Shown in pieces: positions 12,583-26,384 of a stretch of 64,000 nucleotides of DNA (within the stretch, counting starts at the first letter, position 1; each line of letters begins with the position of its first letter). Source of the stretch: Phoronis australis (Eukaryota > Animalia > Phoronida); contig NMRA01000321.1 of NCBI GenBank assembly GCA_002633005.1, forward strand, positions 430,724-494,723, given 5' to 3'. A program made the position numbers and the translations under genes. A model generated the notes under the pieces. That model searched no databases. It worked only from the letters and a program-made list of their open reading frames with translations, and was not told the DNA's origin.

Positions 12583-15500
12583 TCACGCCTCTCTCTCCCC
12601 CGTTTCAAATACCTCTGTAAGAATACAAAACTCACTAGTGCATTTGTCTTTTGATAAAATAGTTAACGGTTATCATAACTCGACAAACTGGTCGGTATCA
12701 ATTAACACTGTGTCTGGATTTCTGAGTTAGACCAGCTGTCCCGACGGCTGAGTGTACTACATGGGCGGCACACCATAGGGGGCTGGGGCTAAAGCCCTCA
12801 CTTTTTTAAGTGCTGCGCTGCCCATGGTCTATGCGCTGTGCACTACAGGCGGGCTGCGGGGCTATAATCCCTCACTTTTTAAGTGTTGCGCTGCCTATGG
12901 TCTATGGGCGGTTCACGACAGGGGGCCTGGGTGCTATGGCCCCACTTTTTCAGTGTTGCGCCGCCCATGTACTAGAGTGTCTGTGTGAGGCGCGATATGG
13001 TCCAGGGTTCGAGTTCCAGGCGGGGCAGAATTGTTTACTGACTCTCATTAGGTCACGTGATGTGACCATTTTGTGGCGTGGAGACAGCATTAAAATTGTC
13101 GGCAATTAACAGGATCATAAATAAAGTGATTGAAACATCGACATCGTGTCGTGCAAAAGTCTGCTGAAGGGTTACCATTTGACAAAAGTTCACGTGCCAG
13201 TTATGGTTTTCACGTTTTGAGGTATGTATGTTTCGTCAAAACTGACTTAAAGCTTAAGGATATATATTTTTGTTCCAGTAATATTTAATTATTTTTGTGT
13301 GAAGCGTTACATCAAAGTTCCGACTTACATATTTAGTCAGTTCTCGTGAAACAGAGCCCTGTATGTACCTGATATTTCATTTTCAGACTCCTCCAACTTT
13401 TTTCGCAGATCTTTTATACGCTCTTCACGTTCCTGCCAAATCTTGCAGAAAGTGTCGCTGATCTGAGGTAAAAGCAACATGACAAAAACAAGAGATTACA
13501 TAAACATCCACGGGATGGCCAAGGATTGAAAATCGTAGGTTGACTATGTAACTTTAAATTTCCAAAAGCACTAACCGTTGATTAACTGATTCTGGATCAA
13601 GTTGTGTAACGAGAATAATAGGGGCAAATTGTGAAATATTCCTGTATCAGCTGAAAGTGACTTGTAAGCCTACACTGTACCTCAGACGTGCTGCCACATG
13701 CAAAGAGATCTACACAAGGTCCGCTATTGGACATACAGTTTGCACCCAAAGCACTGGCGAGGCGCCTATGTACCGATCTCAGTTCTTGCTTCATTTTTTT
13801 GTTAGCTTCCCTTTCCTTTGACATCTCTTCGACTTGTTTCCTGAGCTTGTCCTAGAATCGGTTCAAATCTGTTAAAACATTGCCGCTCCCTGCCCCTGCC
13901 GCTGCTGCTGATGTTGCAGCTGCTGAAGTTTATTACCAAGGACATTTGCCTAAGAACGAATAACGGTTATGACTACATGTACATGTGGATTGCTTACATA
14001 CATGTACGTGTACCCAGGGAGGTTCTCGGGGGGCTCGAATGAGCTTTCCCCCATTTGGCGAATTGGGCGAAAAGATCCGCCTCAGTTCGAGAAAACGAGA
14101 CAAATGTCCACATGAATTCGGCGCGAACGTAGTACCCCGTGTTTTTCTTTTTTTTTTTTAGTCTCCGTTTGTTTCAGTAAAAGGTACGGAAGAATTCGAG
14201 CTTAAATCTCGAAAACCTTTGCAAAGTCTTCTATATCGTCAGAGATCATTTAAAGCGAAGACTGAGAGAATATTAAGCAACTGAAAGGACACAGTCAGCT
14301 TGAGTAGGTGTGTCACAAATACACCAAACTAGTATGCTTTTTGTGATTTTATCCCAGATGACAGGCGAATATTAGAGGAAATCTCCTAAAGGACGGACAG
14401 CCTAATTTCCTTTTAAATGATCAAAGCCAATCGAGAGACTTTAGTTTAACACCAAAATGTGGCCGGGAAAAAATGCTGTAAGGCTAGTTGAAGTGATTTG
14501 TCGAAACAGATACAGTGTACATGTACTTGTAGAAACAACGAGTTGGAGTGTAACCGGTTCTGTTGTAACAAACTGCAGAACGCGAAACACGGCGTTGGAA
14601 AAAGGCTACAACACATACAGTTTAAAGGCGAAGGAAACCTTTTTTCATGTCATTTTTAGCAAAAACAAAGTTCGTTGATTCTCCCAGACATATTGTTAAC
14701 TTATTTACTGCTTTTCGTAATTTAATTAATTACTCGTCGTCTACTCCGGAAGTGACGTTTTGGGAGGCAAGAATTTCGCGCCAATTTCTTTTCATATAGT
14801 CTGACTATGAGAACAGTCGAGTCAGTCATTGTTCTACCTCGTTTGTGATAAGTACGGTCGTCGTTTGCTTTTGCTTACGTGCGTACTGGGATGTACTCAT
14901 TATCGTCTCAGGTACAGAAGAAGAACTGTCCCACTTGCCCGAGTGTCCTGCGACTCACTCCCACTGGAGGGTGATCTAAGCACCCAAACTGCTTACATCC
15001 TGTCGTGTGACCCCCCACACACCTGGCACCTTCTAAATAGCTCCAATACAAGTCCACAATAAACTTATCAAACTTAGGCTCACCGATCTGTTCAATGGAT
15101 GACGAACTGTCCTCTTCACTGGGTGTCGAATGGGCCTGTATTCACTCCCACTACTCAACATCGCTGCAGGGCTGCTTACAGGCTCTGGGCTAGAGACAAC
15201 AGCACAGGGCGAATCACTGCTAGTTCCCGGAATTGTACGCAATGGGGTACGTTCGGAGGCACGGGTGACAGTAGATGAAGACGTGCCTCCAGTCACTGTA
15301 TATAGTGGCCACAGCTCGCGAGGCTTCTCGCTTCAAAATCGCACTTCTCGGGGTTGGCGACGGAGCACTGCCGGGAATCAACACCGACGGTATGGTACCT
15401 TTTTTCAGGCGTTGTTTCGCAGGGACCTTCATCAATTCAGCGTACATATCTCTGTCGTAATCTGTGACGGCAGAAAATGCTTTCCACACACTCGGTAACC

Positions 15501-16202
15501 CTCCACTGCTTTGTACGTTGCGTGGACGGGTAGCGCTGCGTTCCTCACGTGAACGAGCTAGTCAAGTACGGCTAAGTGTGTCATCCTTCGGAAAGCGACG
15601 TAAGGTACCCAGGCAAAGCGCGTGTGAGACGATAATGAGTACATCCTGGCACGCAGCAACAGCGTGGCATGTTGACCGACTTGTAAACAAAAGCAAACGA
15701 CGATCGAACTTTTCACAACTGAGGTAGAACAATGACTGACTCGACAGCTCTCACAGTCAGACTATAATGAAAAGAAATTGGCGAGAAACTCTTGCCTCCC
15801 AAAACGTCACTTCCGGAGTAGAGGACGAGAATTTAATCAAATTACGAAAAGCTGTAATTAAGTGAAAAATGTATCTGGGATAATCAACGAACCTTATTTT
15901 TGCTAAAAGTGACATGAAAAAAGGTTGCCTTCGCCTTTAATACTCAACCAATCAAATTAGACGCATGCACGTCTAATGAATAACACTACGCTCACAAGCA
16001 GTTCTGGGAACAGGAAGGATTTAAAGTTTACCAGCTCTGAGTTCTGGGAACTATCCCCAGGTACTCCAGGGGCTTCATTACTGAGAGGGTATCCAGTAGA
16101 CTCAGGCTGATTTCCTCCACCGGCTGTTTCATTTGATAACTCAGGCCGTGCTTTGGGTTCAACAGAGTCCATTCGATGTACCGATCTGTCGTCCATTTTC
16201 AT
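12583..16202 (-). CDS. Unidentified small coiled-coil protein gene (~155 aa, predicted spliced model)
   Basis: Phase-compatible GT-AG exons 16202(or 16229)-16032, 13851-13681, 13462-13369, 12614-12583: MKMDDRSVH...SQNSEL|DKLRKQVEEMSKEREANKKMKQELRSVHRRLASALG...GSTSE|ISDTFCKIWQEREERIKDLRKKLEESENEIS|EVFETGEREA*. A candidate upstream exon lies at 16736-16643. The first and last exons are less certain. Confidence 0.55.
12734..13030 (+). repeat. tRNA-derived SINE head interrupted by a MITE
   Basis: GGCTGAGTG..TAGAG A-box-like segment split by the MITE at 12760-12969; B box GGTTCGAGTTCC near 13006. Confidence 0.5.
12760..12969 (+). mobile_element. MITE family B
   Basis: TIR CATGGGCGGC...GCCGCCCATG, perfect 5-bp TSD TACTA, internal ~65-bp subrepeats. 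Confidence 0.85.
14626..15936 (-). mobile_element. Defective Kolobok DNA transposon with ~290-310-bp inverted ends
   Basis: TTAA|AGGCGAAGG...CCTTCGCCT|TTAA. The minus strand has a frameshifted THAP domain (MPRCCCVPGC..RRFPKD..VCGKHF..LKKGTIPSV) followed by the Kolobok Zn-finger region (LELFRRCQVCG..LQWE*VAGHSGKWDS); no DDE domain. Lies in an intron of the 12.6-16.2 kb gene. Confidence 0.85.
14911..15670 (-). pseudogene. 5' part of Kolobok transposase (THAP + CxxC/GH zinc finger), frameshifted and truncated
   Basis: Motifs spread over three frames with stops; includes track ORF 15220-15489. Confidence 0.75.
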
Positions 16203-16819
16203 GCAAATTTGAGAGCGAAACCTGGATTTCTATATGAAGAAACGAGTTGCAAACTTCCGCAGAAAACGTGCGCTGAAATGTAGAGCAACGGGATTCTTAT
16301 CAATGACGTTCTCTCATCAGAGCTCTTGATAACATACATTTGGAAAACGGTGAGGGAGTGAGGTGAATTTTGATAATCGAACAAGAAACGTAACCCATGC
16401 AATCTAAAACTTTTGAACAATGTTTTCAGTATTCTGCTTCTCGTTATTTCTGCTGGGTGTGCAACAAAATTGGGCCATTTACCAAACAGGTATAAGCAGA
16501 AGTTAGATTTAGTGATAAGATAAGTGTTATCGAACAAGTCTTGACATGCAGCTGAAAAGACTAGAGCTGGTTTGAGGTCTAAGAGGATGCCACAACCATA
16601 TTTTGCAAAAAATGACCTCTTCGGATGCCTTTCTTTGTTTACTTTGGTTGGTTTATTCTGGTTGGGATGACTGGCATCCCACAATTGCGACAGATCTTGC
16701 ACATATATCCGCTTGTTTGTGCAAATGTCTATTGGACTGACGAGAACGAAGATGACGAAGGAGACATCACACTAAGTACATTTGCTGTGGTTGCTCGTGT
16801 CACTGTTGCGACAAGGCCT

Positions 16820-16935
16820 ACAGCTAGGGTCACACGGCTAGGGTCACACAGCTAGGGTCACACAGCTAGGGTCACACAGCTAGGGTCACACAGCTAGGGT
16901 CACACAACTACTAGGATCACACAGCTAGGGTCACA
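16820..16935. repeat. 14-bp minisatellite (ACAGCTAGGGTCAC) x~8
   Basis: Direct tandem copies visible. Confidence 0.95.
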
Positions 16936-17631
16936 AAGGCGCAAGGAGTAATGAATAACCAATCTCGATTGCCACTGACTCGGATGTCGTCAGTACGCGT
17001 TGATAAATCTATGACGTCGTAAAGGGAACCGGTTGAGCAAAGACTCTGAAGGAAACCGCGGCCCAGTAAGCCCCAAAATCGGCAGTCTGGTCCACGGCAC
17101 ACATGTGTTTCCCTTTCTTGGTTGCGTCGCGTGATCTCAGCCACCTCCAGTCTGTTTAGTTCTCTTTCTGAATCCAGTTCACCAGGTTTGGTGAATTGAA
17201 TAATCCAAAGACCAGTTTGTTTGTGCAACTAGTTCGGCAAGGGGTGTTTAGTTTGCATACGCTTAAGTTTACCTAGTTGTAAACAAGGTATTCTATATTT
17301 AAGCTATGCACACGCGTTAAATTAATTATACACGTACACGTAGAAGCGTATTTAATGACAGAAATACCGTCCTTGTTTTCAGCGAATGATTGGCTCACAG
17401 CAAAAATTGTCGATTTGTAATGAAATGAAAAAAAAACAACGGGTTGTATCGGACATTTTATGCTCTAGTGGTCAAACCGAATAATTTCAACTGAAAATTC
17501 TAATCACATTCAACGAAAGTCTCAATGTTGTGACGTTTGCACTCGTCGTTGAGCAGGTATGTACGGTGACCAAACATCTGTCGGCAGATGACATGTGGGA
17601 AGAAAAATGTTGATGCTTTCGGAAACCTACA

Positions 17632-17696
17632 TGAGTCACCACTCCTGTTGTTTAACTGGGATTTTCCTTGACGTCACTTGACCTTTGGGAAATTCC
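17632..17696. promoter_or_regulatory. AP-1 / NF-kB / CRE / NF-kB motif cluster
   Basis: TGAGTCA 17632-17638, GGGATTTTCC 17658-17667, TGACGTCA 17669-17676, GGGAAATTCC 17687-17696. Confidence 0.6.
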
Positions 17697-19876
17697 TTTT
17701 CTCCCGGTTTGATGATTTCTTTGTTTGCGTCGTTGTAATGATGGAACCTGTTATGTCGGTCGTAGGAAGAGCGTTTTTCAGCTAATCAACTGATTACAAT
17801 ACACCGTTGAGAAAAAAGGAGGTCTGGGAAAAACAAATTTAGGTCTACGAATGTAGCCAGGTGTAACGTATAACACTGAAGAAAGTCCAGATCCGAAATT
17901 ACCATGACTGTAAGTATCGTTAGCCTTAGTAATCGGATTCCCTGATCGCGGAGTATTGGAGACACGAGGGACAACTACATGCAGTGAACAAAGATCCGTA
18001 AATGGGCAAACAAAATTGGATTGTTGGCTCTATCCGTGAGTCACCGTAGGTGCGGCGTGAAAACCTGCCAGACGAGATGGGAAGTGCCAACAAGATGATG
18101 CCCGCACAATTCACCGTGAAGGGCATATAGAATTGCAACCCGTCTATAATTATATTTACATGCATAAAGGCAGATATAGGTATATTATATCGGAACGGGA
18201 AACGAAGAAGTTCAATCACGCAGAGAGGAGCTCAAAACGTGCCGAACGGCTCTCGACTCAAGATCACCACGCAAGGTCTTTGCGGAGTAACCATATGCAA
18301 AGCCTCACGAACGCATCCGAGGAGAATGCATACTATTAGTTTTAGAAGCAAATCTCCTGGTCTGGATGGTATTTTTCAGGGTTGTTTTGGCCAGAGCTGG
18401 GGCGTTAGGAGGTCACCTTATTTCACAGTGACATTAGCCCACTTCTATGTTAGTCGAACCGAGTGCACAGTGGGATACAACCAAACCACTCCCAGGACGA
18501 TTTTCAAAAAACACCGTCATACATTACTTACAGTACTTACGTCCAAAAGTGACTATGAAAACCTCTTCGGCACGGTGATTTAAATACTCAGCTTTCAATT
18601 AATGTGGTCGTCTCGGCCAATGGCAATAGGGGCCTGCGCTGCCTTGCGGTATCATACGGATCATATCAACGTACGCTCGAGTCATAGCGAAGCTGATTGG
18701 TTAACGATGTGGCTCAGACAGCGGCTGCCGAGACTGACGAAGCCTATTGATTACATCGTGGGTTTTTCCGTTCTCATAAAGAACGAAAAGTGAAACACCC
18801 AGTCACAAGCCCATGTACACTGAACTTCGCAAGTTCTGTGACTTTGAAATGTTATGGTGTAATCTACTCTGATTTTTCTAAAGCCTGGTTGCCTGGATGA
18901 TTTTTGACATACACGTGTACAGTATATTTCTACAATGGGAGCGTATGGCTAAGTAGTTTGATTCGAAAGGTGTATTTAGATAGGCAACTGACTACACAAG
19001 GAAATTTTCTAAAAATTCGGCTGATTAAATAGCTTTCATTACACATGCTGAACATATGTAGGTCGTATGTGAGCGACGGTGGATAGATTGCAAGTCTGAT
19101 AAGTCGCCCATCAAAGTATTACAAGGTCGTTCTTCGAATCAGCGGACCTTGCTCATTTTTCCTTTAGGGGAATATTTTTATTTACCTTTCATTTGAGACA
19201 CAGCCCAATGCATTCATCAACCTAACAAATGAAACGTTTCAACTGAATCATCGACATAAAAGATCCCCTTCGCTTCCCGGACTTTCAAGCTCAGTTCAAC
19301 AAACTCAGTACAACAAGTGTTCGAGGTTCAGCGTCAGCCGTCATTAGTAAACTAATATTTAATCGTGTTTTGAACCAAAAAAGTCTCGTTAAAGATGTTT
19401 TTTGTGAAGCACGAGCATTTAATGTGTACACATCATCTGTTTGCATTTTCATTCTTCCATAGTGGACGCAGTCTATACAACGAGTTTAACACCGCCAGTT
19501 TTCTGATTTAGTTTGCTAGACCAAGATCTTTTTGTTTGCACGTTTGCAGAAAATTTCCAGTGACGTCCCTGGAAAACTCAAAGGGTATCGGCCTATTTCA
19601 TTGCTATTTGCTTTGCATTAGCGCTCTATAGATAATTCAAAGTTGTTATCTTTATCCTAGCTTTATCTTATTGATAAATGTGAAACTTGGCAATCGTATT
19701 ACTAAATTACCGTGGTCATAGGAAAAACCCAGTGTGTCGGTTAAAGAGCTTTAAGGTTAATAGTTTAATTGTTGGGAAAACCCAACTATCACAACCAATA
19801 TAGTCTATAAAGTGATATCAGCAATAACACCTTGTCCCGGAATTGCAATTAACCTGTGTATTTCGTCAGAAACAAC

Positions 19877-20862
19877 TTTATTTTTTTATTTTTTAATGTA
19901 ATATTTATAATGAGGGTAGCCCCATCAGTTCACACTACTTTCCATGGGGGCCTTCAGTAAAAAACAAACATATAAGAAGACAAAAACAGAATTACAAAAT
20001 GAAAAGCAAATTTAAGTAATAAGCAAACAATAAGAAATTAACACGGAAAGACTGATGAAGCAAAATGAAAAATAAAATATGATAAACAGAAGATAAAGAA
20101 ATTAAGACAAAATAATTAACTAAAAAATAAATATGAATATGAAAAATTAAAAACAGACAATAAATAATTGATAAAAGTAAGATATTATATAAATAACAAA
20201 TAAATAAACATGCAATTCTTAGACACTACATGAAGTTAAATCTATTTCTTATAATTCTTTTAAAGGTTGGAAAGGATGATGTAGATTTGGCATCTGTAGG
20301 GAGAGAGTTCCATGAAAAGGGCCTGCTGAAGGAATAATGATTTTTCCCAGTTTCGCTTCTGCGTTTAGGAAGATTGAAATCAAATGATGATGAGAACCTA
20401 GTATTGTAGGGATTAGCAGTCATCTTAAACTTAGCACATATGGTGGAACAAGACCTTTAAAACATTTGTACATACAACAAGCAGATATGTGTAGGAAATG
20501 ATGTTTTGAGTGGATTTTCATTATACCAGTCTCTTTATGAAGGTTTTCGATGTTAATATCTCTAACACCAGCTCCCAGAATAATCCGGGCAGCTCTATTT
20601 TGGATAACCTGGATGGTTTTCATACCCTTGCCTGATGCAACACCCCACACTGGGAGGAAATAATCTAGGTGAGGTTGAATGATAGCATTAAAAAGGGTTT
20701 TCAGTGTTGCTCTGTTAACAAATTTACTGCTGCGTTTCAATACGCCAATTTTCTTAGACACCTTTTTCGAGATATAATCAACGTGGTGAGAGAATTTAAG
20801 ATTTTGATCAAATATAAGTCCCAGATATTTAAAGGAATTGACGTTCTCAATTGGTCTCAATT
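19877..20862 (-). mobile_element. 5'-truncated L2/Crack-type (CR1 group) LINE: RT C-terminus plus 3'UTR
   Basis: IENVNSFKYLGLIFDQNLKFSHHVDYISKKVSKKIGVLKR...FNAIIQPHLDY..PVWG...IQNRAARIILG...WNSLP..AKS..SF.TFK (frameshift near 20420); 3' end GGCCCCCATGGAAAG..GGGCTACCCT followed by an A-rich tail. Confidence 0.92.
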
Positions 20863-23800
20863 CGATTAAGGCCACACAGCGTTATCAAATCGATCTCTTT
20901 TCTATTTACCCTTTTTGTTCTATTTTCAGATTAGTTTTTGTGTTTGAGAAGAAATGACGTTTTGTTATTTCTATCAAACTAGCTCATTGAATTTACTTGG
21001 CAACAAGCGTTATTTACGGCAGCCGTTGGAACAAGACAGCCCTCAATTATGCAGGTATCCTGTAACTAAACCTTGCCTTTCATTCACAGATTAAAAGAAC
21101 GCGTTGGCGATTTTTGTAAGAGCATGGGTGCCTATGACTAAACAACCATTTATTGACGTATTGCACAAACGCCAGTATCATGCAGAGTAAACAAATGTCT
21201 CTTGTATGAAGTTGCTTTTGAGCGCCAGTGCTGGGTTGGATGAAACTTTATTTTATCCGCTGGATAAGTTTGATTCTTGCATGACATCAAACACAATGTT
21301 CATGCAAGAATCCGTATATTCCTACAAAAGCATCCTGCCACCTGACCCGCTATGGGGCAAAAAGGAAGACCAAAAAAGCTGAACCATAGGTCCCATGAGA
21401 CTTGAAGAGTTTCAAAATTCATTTTTGCTTTCTCTTAAAAATTATATTTACACACAAATGGTCACCGGCCCAATAGGGCTTTACACAAGAAATTAACAAA
21501 AATAAAACACCCGCAATATGGATGGTCATAACAGTTTCCTTCCGTTCTCCACGCAGAACGTAGTGGAAATGTTCTACCGCAAGCAGGGATTTTCAAACCC
21601 GACTCGAATGTAGGCTGACATGGGCCCCTTTCATCCGCTCCCTTTAGTTAATGATGAATGGTCACGTGCAAACGAATCAATTACCACTCTAATTTATTCC
21701 ATCATGGTTAAAACATTCGATGAATGGACACTGGCGCAATCAATTACTACTCCATGTAGGACGTTTTTTGTCGAAGAATCAATTGGATTCCTTCAGGATA
21801 AAAACATCTGAAGAATGAAGAATCAATTACTAGTCCGGGTAAAAACGTTTTCGTTGAAGAATCAATTCGTTCACATCGCGGTTAGAACGTCTTCGGCCAG
21901 AACTCGGAAATTTAGTCTCACCCACTTAGACGCACTGCCGCTCAAGGGTTTATTGATGTATGTTGTGTGTATTGCTCAAAGCTCAACAAATCCATGGCAT
22001 ATTTTGTGGAACTAAGTGGTGCTCCAACGGACTGATAGTGCGACATCGCTAGGCACTCAGCAAAAGATTCCTTGCATTGATCCCAATTCTGACTATACAT
22101 GTACTTCTCCCATTCTCGTGGTACCTGACCTGAGTGAGAACCTTGAACACTGAAGCGGTAGTATTTCAATAACGTATCACTAAACGTTCATCACAGAACG
22201 ATAAAAGTACTAGTAATTATGATAACAAGAATTTGCAGCCGCTATAAAAATTGTCTAGTAAATGGCAAGATAACTTAGAAAACTTATTTCCAGTTGTCTA
22301 CTGGACTTAAAACCCTTCACACCATGGCCATAAGTATTTAAATTCAGTTACTAGCAATTTTGGTATGATATTTTAAATATTTCTTCATCTATTTGTAAAC
22401 TTCTGATCCTGAAATAGATCAAAGATTATAAATTAAAAAAATTGTGTGATGTCATCAGTGGAAGTCAAGTCGCCGCCATCGTGTTATTTTTATCAGTCGT
22501 CGGTGAGCCTCGGTGTGGTCTCGAAAAGAGCTGAATATTGCCTGAGACTCGTTACGAAAAGTGTGTGCGGAGGATGTACTAATACCAATCGGATAGAAAA
22601 TCGCTCAGAAAAGGCACAGGTTCGTGCTACGGTCCGAGTATGACAGTTCACGTACACCGACCAGTTCAGTGGCCACGTAGCCCATTTTAAAGAATCGTGC
22701 TTCGACTTGTGGCAGAAACTGAGACTTGATGGAGGTTTCTCCAACATGGAAATGCGTTTGATGGACAAAAACAATGTGTTGCGTTACACCGATGCATCGA
22801 ACGTGGTTCTGAGTCAGGCATATATTGAGTGATCCCTAGTTTTAATTAGTCCGACCGTCAGCACGTGCAGCACAGTGGTTTTGGAACAGACAACAAAGAA
22901 ACGACTGTTATTTACCACATGTGAAATCCACGGTTAGCGTCACAATAATTAGATATGGTGGTTCCTGATAAACGCACTCGACATTCGAAGAAATCAGGTA
23001 TCAACATGGCTGCTATTCGCAACTGGTCTTAAACATTTGGGGTAAAGGTTTGGGTTATAGATTTACAATTTGTGCCATATGTATATTGCTAAACACTTAA
23101 GTGCACAGCAAATTAAAACGTGATTCAATAAAAAGGTGAAAATGTCTGCTCTGAAATTTGGGACTGTCTGCAGACAGAGTAGGCTCCGACTCGGCTTGAC
23201 TCGCCGCAGACGATGGTGCGGGAAGGTCGAGTTGGTACATTGTACATTTGCACGGCCTCAAAAAGGGTAAGTTTGCCGAAATGAGGAAGTCTAACTCATT
23301 GCCTGTTTCACCTATGGCCCGAGTGTTGTCCTTACCTCTATCTCCATCACCTGAATTTAAATTACTCTTCCAGCTCGCTCTTTAAGTCTTTGTACTCTCC
23401 GTCATTGCATACTATATTGTCAACTGGTTTAACGCCTTCCATTGATGACATGTGGTGCGAAACGAAAAAAAAAGTTTCTTTAAAATTCAAAATCCTTAAT
23501 TATTTCCAAATACATGTAAGTGCCTCTTTAGTTACTAAAGGTTTCGTGTTATAGAATTATTTTACGCGGTCAAAAATAAGTGCAAAATCCATTGTAGGGA
23601 TGCTCAACGTTTGTAGTGATGCGCATGCGTCACGTGATCAATACTGTAAAGATGATGCAGCCTGTTTCCAGCTACGTTCTGTTGATCCAAGATAGAGTCT
23701 CGAGAAGAACTACATGTAGTTTGACCAGGTGCTTCGCTTGCAATGCTTGGCGATACCTCGGTAAGAATTGTTTTTTGTCTATTCTACAAGCCTGCGCTTA

Positions 23801-24651
23801 CAGAACGCAGCCCCTAGAGTTCATTAAGAAGAACGAGTTACGTATATGGGTGAATTGACCCACATAGCCTCATGTCTATTAAGCCAATTTGGAAAAAAAG
23901 ATATGGGCCCAAGTTCAACTTTCTGTTCTCTTTCGCTTCCAATTTTAATGGGCCCATTGGCCCGAGGTAATCAATCACTAGTTCGTCATTGAAATCATTT
24001 TTGCGCTTTCGACGCGAGAACGCTCATAAAATTGTCATCCTTGCTGAGCCCTAGAAACAGGCATTTACATCACGTCTCGTTTACGGTCTGCAGAAGATTA
24101 GGCTTTACCTGGAACGCATGCTCACATTTCCATCCTCGAACGTTACATGTATACTTTTGACTTTCGACGCCATTTTGTCGGGTATGTAAATATCAACAGA
24201 TCGCATCGCTTGGAGAATTCGTGGATAAAGGCCAAGAAGGCCACAACTGCAATTTTTACAGTTGTAACTGCAGGACGAGGACGTATAAGATAGAGTGGCT
24301 GTAGCCACTGCTTAGATTCGGCAGCTGCAGGGGGCGCTGGAGAGAAAAAAGGTGTCACGGTGGACGTGACCATGGATTTAGAAGAGACACATTTAAAAAC
24401 GTTTGTTGTCAAAATTGAAATGAATAAAAAATTATCACTGACAAACATACCTGAGCATCATAGCAAATACATGTTGACGCTTAAACTCGTAAATACACAT
24501 TCGCAAATATTATGTAATACCTGAATACATTTATGCAAGATTATTGGGTATACAAATAAATAAAAATACTTTTTTAATATAACTAAACGATACCAGGGTA
24601 CAGTGTAGTGTATATGAAGATAAAAAATATATAATGCTATTCCTACTAATG

Positions 24652-24787
24652 CATGGGCGGTGCAGCACTGAAAAAAGTGGGGGGGGACTAAAGCCCCTCA
24701 GCCCCCCTGTGGTGCATCGCTTATAGCAGGGTAGCTCTGGAAAAGTGGGGCTATAGCCCCCCAGTCCCCTATGGTGCGCCGCCCATG
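24652..24787 (-). mobile_element. MITE family B copy
   Basis: CATGGGCGG...CCGCCCATG, TSD TAATG/TAATA; inverted homology to 12760-12969. Confidence 0.8.
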
Positions 24788-26384
24788 TAATATCAAAGAC
24801 AAGTATTAGGAATGAAGTATGGTTTAAACAAGTAGTCATTTTCCGATAATGCTACAACGAAGCAATACATTTCGCCTTGATACTTTGAGAAGGTACAATT
24901 TTGGCACACGTACAGTTATTCATAAGTAAAGTAATAACCATGTACTTGGATATATTCAGGACATTGCAATGTCCTGCTGTTTCCAACAGTTTGTTTCACC
25001 ATGTACTACAGAAACAAATCATGGAATTTAAGCCATTGCTCATGGCATGAGATCTTCGAGCAAGTAATACATGTACATTCACCTCGAGTAGAGTATTAAA
25101 GGCTATTATCGAGATAAAACAATCGTTTATGACAATTCTTCTTCTTTATCCTACATCGTCTACAATAAACGTGTTCATAGTTCAAATCAAACTTAAATAT
25201 AAGACACTAGATGTACATGGCGAGGACGGGTTATTACCTTTTTGCTACCAGTATAATTTAACGTAGCATCAACTCACCACTTCAAATCGTTTACAGTCTC
25301 TCACAGCCACTTACATGTCTGCTTTAGGCCACTTCCATACATTGTGTAATATTCAAATTCTGATGCATGACCCATACATGACCACTTTTCTTCAGCACCG
25401 TCTTGGTAGTGTACATGTACTTATAGTGAAAACTTGAGCAAATAATTGCAAAACTTCTTGCGCATTTAACAAAGCTTTATCTTGTCTACAGTCTGGAAGT
25501 GACATGCCGAGCACTTGTTAAATATTTGAGGCAAAGACCACTTTTGTTGAAAGCTCACTTGTCGTGTTGAAGTTTTTACTATTTTGATGACAATTCGTAG
25601 CGTCCACGGACAGGATAACACGTGATAAGAGGATACTTGTAATTGTCAATTATTAATATTCCGTTGGAATTAAGGTATAAAAATTCATTTTTATCTTCAT
25701 TTTATTAGGTGATACTTAGAAACATTCAGCGACAAACTAATTGTTTCAATGCGAAATCTAAGTTTAAATCTGCAGGTACATGTAGTTGCCACTTGTTAAC
25801 TAACGATTCTTTCCAGCGATGACATCGGTTTTTGAAGCCGAGGAAGTTAACCTCTGCAAGGTGTTCGCTATTTTCACTGCACCCCGAAACATTAAGTTGT
25901 TCCCATTTTCACTGCACCCCGATACATTCGTTGGGTACCAAATGTACTGCATTCGAACAGACACCTTACGGCGGAGTTGGTGGCATTGGATAACTACACA
26001 TCCAACCTAAAATATACCTGCTCTTGTGGAGACCAAGTGCGGGGCGGAACGAGCATGAACGCGTAACAGCTGGATACACGGGATTTTATTTTTAAGTTGA
26101 GAGCAGATCATGTTTTCTCAGAAACATCACTTCAAGTTCATGAGCGACATTGTTAGAACTGGACGAGTTTTAACAAATTTTAAAACGCTGAATGCCCTCC
26201 TCCGGTTATGAAAAAATAGTGTCTGAAATTAACAGAAGTGATGTTACTTACGTCACTGGTGTATGAAATGAGTGTAACTAGGAGGAGGCAAATGTCGAGA
26301 TACTCGTCATTTCAAGTCACGCCGTTACAACTTGTATATGAGAGGGGAATTTCCAAAAAGACATGATCTGCCATCTACCCGTGG

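Noticed and set aside
23335-24172. Possible minus-strand exons (MASKVKSIHVTFEDG..., MSSMEGVKPVD...ELEE*)
   Set aside because: Donors exist but there is an in-frame stop and no consistent join to neighbouring genes.
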